A program made the position numbers and the translations under genes. Source: Minisyncoccota bacterium (lineage in GTDB: Bacteria; Patescibacteriota; Minisyncoccia; Phycocordibacterales; UBA9973). From it: a stretch of 38,558 nucleotides of DNA. Location of the stretch: positions 1-38,558 of the forward strand of contig JAYVGX010000004.1 in the NCBI GenBank assembly GCA_043771685.1, given 5' to 3'. Below the pieces are notes generated by a model that worked only from the letters and a program-made list of their open reading frames with translations, did not search any database and was not told the origin of the DNA. Shown one piece after another: positions 30,739 through 38,558 of this stretch. Position 1 is the stretch's first letter, and each line of letters starts with the position of its first letter.

Positions 30739-32439
30739 TTAAACCACCTCCTGCTGATAACATTTCTCACAATAAATAATCTCGGGTCTATCGGGAGCAT
30801 AAGTTGTTTCGAATTCATTTTGGCAATTTTCTTTCATACAAGAACGATGCCAAATTTTAAATGGATTTCTGCGTTTCAATCTATTGTCGAAACGACAATA
30901 AAAACAACGTCGCGGGATTGGGATATTCATTACTTTATAAAATCTCAATTCTTCTGGGATCATTTTATAATTGCGTTTACAATCCATACATTCAAAAACT
31001 TCATCTACGTATTCGTCATTTATATCGTTGATTGATTCTGGAATATTTTGTATTTCTACTGTTTGCTTGCCAACTGTTTTTTGAATATTGTCTTGCCAAT
31101 TGTAATTTTTATTTTTTGCTTCGTCTTTATCCAAAGGAAAAAATTGTGGGGCTACAGTTTCATTATAGCCAAAAGGTGAAAGCTCTATTGGGAAAAACTC
31201 TCCGTATTTATAAACATTACCCATTTTATCTATATACGGTACAGAATCCATCTGTTCGCGGATTTGTACAATTAACTTTTCATATTCATCTTTCGTGTAG
31301 CGCTTGTTGAAAACACTATACTCCCCTTTTTTCAAACCAACGCATCCAAATAAGTATTTAGACGAATGACAATGCATCGTGTATTCTAAATTTTGCGACT
31401 TAACAGAATAAAGTCCAAAGAAATTATGGTTAGAATGGTCGAGTATTAAACCTTCATATGATTCAGAGTGCTCGCCAGCTGCAGTTACATCATAAGAATC
31501 GACATTTTTACCACCATGTTGAACAAACCGAGAATTCTCAATTGCATTACCAACAAAACAATCTTTGGCATTTTTACCATTTGTGAGGCCTTCACCTGTA
31601 CAATTAAAAGATTTATAAATTTGAGAAAAACGTCTTGGTGCTTCTAGTATAAATTCATCAAATTCTTTTTGAGCTTTTTCTACACCAGAGAAAGTATCTA
31701 GATTGTATGAAGCTAAAATTTCTTCATAAGCTTGTTTACTGTACTGTTGGTTTTTGTAAAAATACCTTTTGTTACGCAAACCACTAGACATAAAGCAGTC
31801 AGAACAGTTGCGACAGTCATAAAGAAATGTAGAGTCAGTACATGACAAACAAAGTTGTGAATTTTTAAGTTTATAGCCACGATCACAATTTATGCATTCA
31901 TACATCCAATCAGCAGTATCTAAGACATAAAGACAGTCCATCATATCTTTTCCGCCAAGATTAAAATATCCGTACATTACATTTTCAATTTTCCACGCAC
32001 AAAAAGTCATGTAACAATTCTTAGCAAACCAACAGTCCCCTGTATACTCACAACCGATACTTGAGATACCGTCATCATTTACCAGTGCAATGTGTGGGAC
32101 TCTGTGCATAAGCTCATTGTATTACTCGAAAAATGGACGAGAGAAGTCGTAATCAACTGCATAACTATACGGATCCCATTTATCGCTCCACCAGCATTTA
32201 TTGCAGTAAATAGTCATCCCAGAATCGGGTGCGTACATCGAAACAACTCTCTTTTCACATAGACTGCAATTAGTACTATATAAAGACGTATCGTTGCGCC
32301 AAGAACAACGCCTCTGGAAACGACACTCCGGGCAAAAGATCGGAGCTGGTACTTTCATTTTTTCATAAAAAGAAAAGTCATCGACTTCGATAGTAAATTC
32401 AGACTTGCAATTCTGGCAATTTTTAGACTCAGGATTCAT
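30739..32439 (-). pseudogene. Cys-rich paralogue, copy 2, split by one in-frame TAA
   Basis: ORFs 32122..32439 and 30739..32109 share a frame: PFFE*YNELMHRVP versus PFLQQFYDLFSNVP in copy 1, consistent with CAA>TAA at 32124-32122. Confidence 0.85.
30743..30849. repeat. 107-bp direct repeat, copy 2
   Basis: Matches 28381..28487 at offset 2362. Confidence 0.95.
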
Positions 32440-32493
32440 ATTCTAGATTATATCATAAAAATAAAAAAAGATTTGACATCGTTTTTTATTAGA

Positions 32494-33042
32494 TTAGTTT
32501 GAAAGTACTTCTTTTTTGGATTCTATTTTTTCGGGGAAATATTCTTTACAAGATGGCTTAGGTTGTTCTTCACCTTCTTTGTAAACACAAGCCATCAACG
32601 TACACATACCGACTGTACCATCTTCAACGCGAGAACAAGTATTACAGCCATCACTCCAAACTCTACAGTTGTTTGCTATTTCAGTAGTTTCTACTTCTGG
32701 AATTTCTTCTTGGCATAACTTAGTTTTTAAAACTTCACGAGTTTTTTCACCAACATAACCAGTTGCTAATAAATCATTCTTTCTTTGAAGCAAAGTAACA
32801 GCACGCAAAGTTACAGAACCAAATGAACCATCTGGTTTTTCTTTCATATAACCACCATCAACAAGAGCTTGTTGAAGCTCTAAAACAGCTATATTTTTAT
32901 CATTCCAAAAACCATCTGTGTATTTAAGACTTTGATTGAATTTACTACAAACAACCTTTTCTGGTTGATTTTCAAGGGCTGAAATTGAACTGAAGTTCAA
33001 TATATATATTAAAAATACAATAATTAATGATACTTTTTTCAT
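32494..33042 (-). CDS. Secreted peptidoglycan-binding protein with small Cys-rich C-terminal module
   Basis: Signal peptide; LQQAL..GY..PDGSFGSVT..LQRKNDL..TGYVGEKT; CRVWSDGCNTC..CTLMAC. Confidence 0.82.
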   Translation of the reverse strand: MKKVSLIIVFLIYILNFSSISALENQPEKVVCSKFNQSLKYTDGFWNDKNIAVLELQQALVDGGYMKEKPDGSFGSVTLRAVTLLQRKNDLLATGYVGEKTREVLKTKLCQEEIPEVETTEIANNCRVWSDGCNTCSRVEDGTVGMCTLMACVYKEGEEQPKPSCKEYFPEKIESKKEVLSN

Positions 33043-33049
33043 GGGTTTA

Positions 33050-33478
33050 TTATAGCACAGATTTAGAATTTAAAATAGAGGAATGAAACCTTTCCTGTTG
33101 ATAAGGTTGCCCTATTAATATCTCTACTTTTTCTATATTTTTTTCTTCTATCGCTTTTTCTAAATCATTTTTTAAAGCAACTTGGTCATAACCTAGAAAA
33201 ATTACACTTGGATTTATTTCTTTTAGAATCTTATAGGTTCCTTGTTCTTCATCACCAAGCAAAACTCTGTCTATTTCATCTATTTCTAAGAGATTTTTAA
33301 TTCTTTGCTCTTCATTAAACATTGGTATTTTATTTTTTAATTTTAAAACACTATTGTCACGAGCAACAATAGCTATCAAAATATCGCCGTGTTTTTTTGC
33401 TTGCATAAATAAATCTCTATGCCCCTCGTGCACATTGTCAAATGTTCCAAATATAACTATGATTTTTTGTATTTGCAT
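33050..33478 (-). CDS. Cytidylyltransferase family protein (RibL/TagD-like)
   Basis: FGTFDNVHEGH (HxGH), VARD, LGYDQ, SS. Confidence 0.85.
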   Translation of the reverse strand: MQIQKIIVIFGTFDNVHEGHRDLFMQAKKHGDILIAIVARDNSVLKLKNKIPMFNEEQRIKNLLEIDEIDRVLLGDEEQGTYKILKEINPSVIFLGYDQVALKNDLEKAIEEKNIEKVEILIGQPYQQERFHSSILNSKSVL

Positions 33479-33501
33479 AAAAATTGATTATATTGTAATA
33501 T
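33473..33501 (+). promoter_or_regulatory. sigma70 promoter for the predicted ncRNA
   Basis: TTGCAT (33473-33478), 17 bp, TAATAT (33496-33501): same hexamers and spacing as the secG promoter, with no ORF downstream. Confidence 0.6.
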
Positions 33502-33507
33502 ATCTAT

Positions 33508-33590
33508 AGGTGTTTGTAGGGTTCGCCCTCTCACGGCAAAAGCTGTGGCCAAGCACCCATAAAGAAACCACCACATAGGTGGATTTTTTA
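33508..33590 (+). ncRNA. Predicted three-way-junction small RNA of unknown family
   Basis: P1 GGUGUUUG(33509-16)/CAAGCACC(33550-57); P2 AGGG-UUCG-CCCU (33518-29); P3 UCACGGC-AAAA-GCUGUGG (33531-48); 1-nt linkers; GC-rich patch between promoter and terminator. Confidence 0.62.
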
Positions 33591-33593
33591 TTT
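33561..33593. terminator. Probable bidirectional terminator between ncRNA and 33594..34055
   Basis: CCACC-acata-GGTGG followed by ATTTTTT on + and TTTCTTT on -. Confidence 0.65.
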
Positions 33594-34055
33594 CTAATCC
33601 TCTTCTGGATTTCCTTCATGTAATATTCTATCCATTGTTAATTTATTCATACCCCAAAATGGTATTATACTCCAGAAAAAAATTTTCCCTGAATCTATTT
33701 GTTTAATGATAACTTTTACTCTATTTCTTTTAATTACAGCAATAAATTCATAATAAAATACATTTACTGAAATTTTATCTGTTCTATTGTGTGATTTTAT
33801 AAATTCAAATTTTTTTGTATCTAAAATACCTTGTACGCTACTAGAAATTTTTAAAACTTCTGGCGCAAGATGAATTAATTTGAATCTCATATATTGATCG
33901 TTGTCATTTCGTGCTTTACCACGCTGTTTATATTTTAAATGTTCAATACCTTTAGCATTAAAACTAACTTTATCTTTAAAGTAAGGGCAATAAACTTCAC
34001 CTATATCTTTGTAAAATTCTTCACCTTTAGTTTTAATTTCTTCAAAATTTTCCAT
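33594..34055 (-). CDS. Hypothetical protein, putative BECR-fold (RelE/Barnase-like) ribonuclease
   Basis: VSFNAKGIEHL, R..DQYMR, beta meander YYEFIAVI/RVKVIIKQ/IFFWSIIP. The ORF is solid; the fold is inference. Confidence 0.6.
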   Translation of the reverse strand: MENFEEIKTKGEEFYKDIGEVYCPYFKDKVSFNAKGIEHLKYKQRGKARNDNDQYMRFKLIHLAPEVLKISSSVQGILDTKKFEFIKSHNRTDKISVNVFYYEFIAVIKRNRVKVIIKQIDSGKIFFWSIIPFWGMNKLTMDRILHEGNPEED

Positions 34056-34072
34056 ATATTTTAATATAAATA

Positions 34073-35575
34073 CTATATCAATGGGGCACTGGCTTTTTCT
34101 TGTTTAGCTGTTTCTTGAATTTCTTCTGTCATTTCATCTTTAACATCATTATTATCTTCTTCTTTTTTATTACCTGTTATCGCCTGCTTTTCCTGGGCGC
34201 TGCGGATAATAGTAGACTCTTCTTCTTCGATAAGTCTCTGCGCTTCGCCAGCGGGAATGGCGTATTTTCGACGTGAAGCATCTAGTATTTCTTTTCTATA
34301 CGAACGATGAGTAGCAGGCAAGACGCGTAGTGTTTCGGCCGAAAATGGGTCATAAGACTCACCGTCGATTGTCATCTTTATATAGAACTCCCCAACGCCG
34401 AGATTGATCATATCTTTGACGTCGAAAATCGGAGCGAATTCTGGCTTTAGTTTGACAGCATCGTCACCACCAACGCGGAAAGAAATAATAGAACCTACGT
34501 TTCCGAGCACGGCCTGTTGCACTTTTGGTAACAACTGACCGACGTATTGATGCGCTACCGTTAAATTCAATCCGTATTTACGGGCTTCGGACAAGATATT
34601 TTCAAAGGTATCGGTCACAATGTTTTGGAACTCGTCTACATATAGATAATAGTCGTTGCGCTGTTTCGGGTCGAGTTTAGCACGTGCCATACCGGCTTGT
34701 TTAATTTTGGTTAAAAACATAGCTCCAAAGAAAGACGAATTTTCCTCCCCAATTTTTCCTTTAGACAGATTAATCATCAGAATCTTTTGTTCATTCATCA
34801 ATTTCTCAATATCGATTTTATTTTCTTTTTGTCCAAAGATGTTTCGAAGCATCGGGTCAGAAAGAAACTGTCCTAGTTTGTTAACGAGCGGGATAATCGC
34901 ATCGGTATCGAACTTTTCTGACCAGTCCGCGAATTCAATAGCCCAGAATCTTTTGACCATGTCGTCCTCTATATACTCGACAACTTTCTGACGATAGTTA
35001 CGGTCAGTTAGCATACTTATCATCCCGCGCATTGTTGCATACGGATAGTCTAATAATGCAAGCACAGTAAAACGAAAAACGTGCTCCAGACGTGGAGTCC
35101 AGTTTGCCCCGAATTGTTTTCTTAGAACTTCAATCAAGCCTTGAGTTAATTGGTGCTTGAAAGTGATGTCAGTATTTGCGAGTGGGTTAAATGATGCTGG
35201 AAAATCTATATCACCTGGATCGATGATACACACGTCTTCAATTCTCTCTTCGGGAATAAAGTTCAATATATCTTCGATAAATTCTCCGTGTGGATCGATA
35301 ACACAAACACCATAGCCAGAAGCAATGTCTTGACGGACCATGAGTTCTTGGATTTTAGATTTACCAACTCCAGACTTGCCTATGATGTATAAGTGACGAC
35401 GCCGGTCGATACGCTTGATACCGAAAACATATTTCTTTTCTTCTAGGCTTGCTACATAGTTTGTACGTCCAATAAAAGAAACTTCACTTGGATCAACCTT
35501 GCCGAGCGTCGGCAAGTCTGGTGGTGGTGGAGCATGTTTGATTATTTGTATTTTATTTGGATTATTGAAAGACAT
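34073..35575 (-). CDS. VirD4/TraD/HerA-like P-loop ATPase
   Basis: Walker A GKSGVGKS, IDPHG, Walker B YVDEFQN, SEARKYGL..AHQY; start probably 35575 (35587 possible). Confidence 0.88.
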   Translation of the reverse strand: MSFNNPNKIQIIKHAPPPPDLPTLGKVDPSEVSFIGRTNYVASLEEKKYVFGIKRIDRRRHLYIIGKSGVGKSKIQELMVRQDIASGYGVCVIDPHGEFIEDILNFIPEERIEDVCIIDPGDIDFPASFNPLANTDITFKHQLTQGLIEVLRKQFGANWTPRLEHVFRFTVLALLDYPYATMRGMISMLTDRNYRQKVVEYIEDDMVKRFWAIEFADWSEKFDTDAIIPLVNKLGQFLSDPMLRNIFGQKENKIDIEKLMNEQKILMINLSKGKIGEENSSFFGAMFLTKIKQAGMARAKLDPKQRNDYYLYVDEFQNIVTDTFENILSEARKYGLNLTVAHQYVGQLLPKVQQAVLGNVGSIISFRVGGDDAVKLKPEFAPIFDVKDMINLGVGEFYIKMTIDGESYDPFSAETLRVLPATHRSYRKEILDASRRKYAIPAGEAQRLIEEEESTIIRSAQEKQAITGNKKEEDNNDVKDEMTEEIQETAKQEKASAPLI

Positions 35576-35622
35576 ATACAAAAACATTGTATCAAATTAC
35601 AATAAAATTGTATAATAGTCGT

Positions 35623-36915
35623 ATGGAAAAATCAGAAGACAAAATATCATTCAGAAAGAAAAAAGAAACAAACTATTTAGAAAAACTAGGACCAGGTATA
35701 ATCTCTGGCGCGGCCGATGATGATCCATCTGGTATCGCCACTTATTCACAAGCGGGTGCCCAATACGGCACAACTTTACTTTGGCTTGCAGCATGGACTT
35801 TCCCTCTGATGGCTATCGTCCAAGAAATGTGTTCACGTATAGCACTCGTTACAGGCAAAGGACTCGCAAGCAATATTAAGAAAACTTACTCTAAAAAAAT
35901 CCTCTATATTTGTACAGGACTTTTATTTTTTGCTAATACTCTAAATATCGGTGCTGATTTAGGAGCTATCGCAAAAGCTATACAACTAGTTATACCAGAT
36001 GCTCCATTTGTATTTTCTATTATTTTTATGGCTGTTGTGGGTTTAATCGTACAGATATATGTACCATACAAAAAATTTGCAAAGATAATGAAATGGATGG
36101 TTGTATCACTATTTGCATATATAATAACTGGTTTTTTAATCGACATGAACTGGAGCACATTATTTAAGCATGCTTTCATACCGAGCATATCTTTTGATAA
36201 AGCAACTATTTTAATGATCACTGGGATACTGGGTACGACTATCTCACCCTATCTTTTCTTTTGGCAAACAAGCCAAGAAGTCGAAGAAGAAATCGCTGGT
36301 GGAAAAACAACTGCTCATTTACGTCGTGGTACAAATCATTTGGAAATAAAAGAAATGCGTGTGGATACCTGGACTGGTGTTTTTCTTTCTAATCTCGTTA
36401 TGTTTTTTATCATTGCTGTTTGCGCCAACACTCTTTTCTCTAGTGGTATAACAAATATAGAAACAGCCAGCGATGCAGCACGCGCCTTGGAGCCTTTTGC
36501 TGGACCTTGGGCCAAATATTTATTTGCTTTTGGAATTATTGGTACTGGAATGTTGGCTATCCCAGTGCTCGCTGGTTCGACAGCTTATGCTATATCGGAG
36601 AGTTTTAATTATAAAGAAGGTTTATATAGAAAGTTAAATGAAGCTCGTGTTTTTTATGGTATTATCATTTTCTCGGTTATAATTGGTATCTTTATAAATT
36701 TTATAGGTATCGACCCTATCAAAGCACTACTCTACTCGGCAATCGCCAATGGTTTAGTAGCACCTGTAATCCTAATATGCATCGTTCATATAAGTGGTAA
36801 CGAAAAAATAATGGGTCGTCACAAAAACTCGAAAGTTATGAATATAATAGGTTGGATTATTGTTAGCCTTATGAGTCTCACAGCAATGGCTGCCATTTGG
36901 AGTTTAATAAAGTAA
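35623..36915 (+). CDS. NRAMP-family divalent metal transporter
   Basis: LGPGIISGAADDDPSGI, GTTISPYLFFWQ; start moved to MEKS, 6 nt after TATAAT. Confidence 0.92.
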   Translation: MEKSEDKISFRKKKETNYLEKLGPGIISGAADDDPSGIATYSQAGAQYGTTLLWLAAWTFPLMAIVQEMCSRIALVTGKGLASNIKKTYSKKILYICTGLLFFANTLNIGADLGAIAKAIQLVIPDAPFVFSIIFMAVVGLIVQIYVPYKKFAKIMKWMVVSLFAYIITGFLIDMNWSTLFKHAFIPSISFDKATILMITGILGTTISPYLFFWQTSQEVEEEIAGGKTTAHLRRGTNHLEIKEMRVDTWTGVFLSNLVMFFIIAVCANTLFSSGITNIETASDAARALEPFAGPWAKYLFAFGIIGTGMLAIPVLAGSTAYAISESFNYKEGLYRKLNEARVFYGIIIFSVIIGIFINFIGIDPIKALLYSAIANGLVAPVILICIVHISGNEKIMGRHKNSKVMNIIGWIIVSLMSLTAMAAIWSLIK

Positions 36916-36948
36916 TTTTTTATTTTTTAAGAATGATTCAATATATTT

Positions 36949-37410
36949 ATGTTAAATAAAAAAGGATTCACATTGATAGAACTTTTAGTTGTAATTAGTA
37001 TCATAAGTCTCCTTTCTTCTGTTGTGCTTTCTGCTTTAAACAGTGCACGTTCAAAATCAAGAGATGCGAAAAGAGTCTCTGAAATAAGACAACTAAAAAT
37101 TGCTCTTGAACTCTACTACGATAAATACGGAACATACCCCACTAACAATACTTGGCCTAATGATTGTTCTGGTAGTACTACTTTCGAAACTGCATTATCT
37201 GCTTTAGTCACTGAGGGTTTTATTCCAAAAATACCCAAAGAACCTCTTAATTCAAGTGGGTGGCCAAACTGTTATTATTATCAATACAATAATAATTGTA
37301 ATATAGGTGACGCTGTTCATCCTTATATATTAATATTTCAGGCTGAAAACGCATTAAAGGGGTACGCTTCTTGGACTAATGAAACAAATCGCTATTGTAC
37401 TTATCCATAA
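36949..37410 (+). CDS. Type IV pilin / GspG-like prepilin
   Basis: KKG|FTLIELLVVISII class III signal, ARSKSRDAKR, ALELYY...YP. Confidence 0.92.
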   Translation: MLNKKGFTLIELLVVISIISLLSSVVLSALNSARSKSRDAKRVSEIRQLKIALELYYDKYGTYPTNNTWPNDCSGSTTFETALSALVTEGFIPKIPKEPLNSSGWPNCYYYQYNNNCNIGDAVHPYILIFQAENALKGYASWTNETNRYCTYP

Positions 37411-37499
37411 AAATATTAAAGTAATTCAAATTATTCTATTTAAATTCAGTGTCATCTTTTTTACAAAAAAGCTAATAAAGATATAACTTTTGCAAAGTA

Positions 37500-37527
37500 T
37501 TGCAAAAATCTGAAAATAAGCTATTAT
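37500..37527 (+). promoter_or_regulatory. Probable tRNA promoter
   Basis: TTGCAA (37500-05), 16 bp, TATTAT (37522-27). Confidence 0.45.
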
Positions 37528-37591
37528 AGATGAGTACGAGTTTTGGCTAGTCCATGCTTGGACGCCCGAACATTTATTTTAAATGTTTTAG

Positions 37592-37627
37592 GGGCCTTTA
37601 GCTCATCTGTAGCGCATCAATAGAGCA
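37592..37627 (+). repeat. Duplicated, degenerate 5' fragment of tRNA-Ala
   Basis: GGGCCTTTAGCTCATCTG (18 nt) identical to 37665-37682, then TAGCGCA-TCAA-TAGAGCA. Confidence 0.85.
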
Positions 37628-37664
37628 ACACAGAAAAGTTAAGTTCCTTATTAAGTAAATCATT

Positions 37665-37740
37665 GGGCCTTTAGCTCATCTGGTAGAGCACGTCATTTGC
37701 AATGACGGGGTGGCAGGTTCGAGTCCTGTAAGGTCCACCA
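37665..37740 (+). tRNA. tRNA-Ala (UGC)
   Basis: 76-nt cloverleaf; acceptor GGGCCUU/AAGGUCC with G3:U70; CGUCA-UUUGCAA-UGACG; GGUUCGAGUCC; encoded CCA. Confidence 0.97.
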
Positions 37741-38459
37741 CAATGAATTTCCCCGCGAAAATGCGTCCGCGCTACGCGCGGTAATGGGAAGTTCGGCAAG
37801 AAAAGAAAAGGGCGTTTTGAAATCCACGGAGAGCGCGCTTGCGCGCAAATGGCGGTTCGAGCCGATGGTTTTCAAAAAAGTTTTCATTTCCTCAAACTTT
37901 TCTCCCAAAGCGAGATTTTGGGCTTGGTTGGCTTGCAAAATCCAGTTTCGCACGAGTTCGAGCCAATGATTTCCTTTTCGCTCAAAATCAGATAATTTTT
38001 CCTCTAGCGTTTTCTTTTCCGACATCAAAGCGTTCTTTTTCTCTTGAAACTCGGATAACTCAAAACCGCCATCTAAATATCCGTCCATAAGGCGGTCAAT
38101 TTTAGCTTTGAGTTCGGAAATAGAAACACGCAGATTTTGTGCGAAAAGACCTGATGAATGGCGATTCTCTTTTTCCCACTCGGCGAGCTTGCCGAGATAC
38201 TTGTCCCGCCATTCATCGGGTAAAGAAACCTTTTGACAAAGTTCCTGCACTTGTCGTTCAAATTCTTCTGCCCGCAAAAATTTATTTTCAGAACATTTAG
38301 TGATTTTGCTCTTGTGGGTGCAACGATAATAAATAAACTGTAAACCACTTTTTTTGATATGTCGCTCGGCAGTTATCGCATAGCCACAAACCCCACAAGT
38401 AGCAAAACCTAAAAACTGAAAATTCTTTGGTCCTCGCTTTTTGCGGGGTTTTCCATTTG
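37693..38459 (-). pseudogene. C-terminal half of a large serine recombinase (Zn ribbon + coiled coil)
   Basis: GFATCGVCG..YYRC..C Zn ribbon; LMDGYLDG..EFQEKK coiled coil; similarity stops at NGKPRK and no catalytic domain follows; C-terminus reads antisense through the tRNA. Confidence 0.8.
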
Positions 38460-38558
38460 TGGAAGGTACCCCATTCGTCACACACCCACTCTAATACCCA
38501 AAGTATACTAAATACCCTGTAAGCTCGCAAATTGGGTTGGTGCCATGTGAAGTGCAGA
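37741..38558. mobile_element. Edge of an element integrated at tRNA-Ala
   Basis: Recombinase abuts the tRNA 3' end; visibly higher GC from ~37750. Confidence 0.7.
38460..38558. mobile_element. Possible IS terminus (IS3-like) interrupting the recombinase
   Basis: TGGAAGGTACCCCATTCGTCACACAC begins where recombinase similarity ends; 5'-TG and ACCCC...GT.A.ACA pattern recalled from IS3-family ends. Transposase not in window. Confidence 0.4.

Noticed and set aside
28381-30849. 107-bp repeat pair as a DGR template/variable repeat
   Set aside because: Both copies are coding; the two differences are synonymous and in opposite directions (A>G, G>A); no reverse transcriptase in the window.
1440-32124. 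Stop-codon reassignment (code 25, or TAA=Gln) to explain in-frame stops
   Set aside because: TAA and TGA end intact genes here (TGA at 25396 and 28377) and long conserved genes have no internal stops.
33508-33560. ncRNA as c-di-GMP riboswitch, hammerhead or tRNA fragment
   Set aside because: No GEMM two-stem layout, no CUGANGA/GAAA core, no T-loop, and no downstream gene on its strand.
38480-38500. CCCACTCTAAT as a group II intron 3' end
   Set aside because: No domain V hairpin precedes it.
129-38530. Short ORFs overlapping real genes (e.g. 2275..2550, 3601..3969, 34656..34991, 35904..36221, 37839..38090)
   Set aside because: Antisense or off-frame shadows with no recognisable motifs.
1-38558. 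CRISPR array or rRNA
   Set aside because: No regularly spaced repeats, cas genes or rRNA-like sequence seen.

Overview
AT-rich bacterial chromosomal segment (standard code 11). Gene content and style suggest Patescibacteria/CPR, Parcubacteria-like; this is inference. Housekeeping genes: murL-like, secG, oppA-like, rnj, MFS, pseudouridine synthase, rpsF-ssb-rpsR, tatD, metG, AI-2E, M16 peptidase, glyQS, recO, ileS. From ~25.4 kb an accessory stretch holds a formyltransferase, M23 peptidase, DUF1653, DUF1615-like, two Cys-rich paralogues, PG-binding proteins, a VirD4/TraD-like ATPase, NRAMP and a pilin. The window ends in tRNA-Ala(UGC), read into by a truncated large serine recombinase that appears interrupted by an IS end. 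Best candidate for an undescribed system: a ~80-nt three-way-junction RNA (33508-33590, +) with its own sigma70 promoter and terminator, tail-to-tail with a small putative BECR-fold RNase gene (33594-34055). Also notable: pervasive leaderless starts, IleRS with GIHH motif and a histidine-phosphatase insert, paralogues with near-identical DNA ends, and three unannotated pseudogenes. Family assignments come from motif recognition, not database searches.
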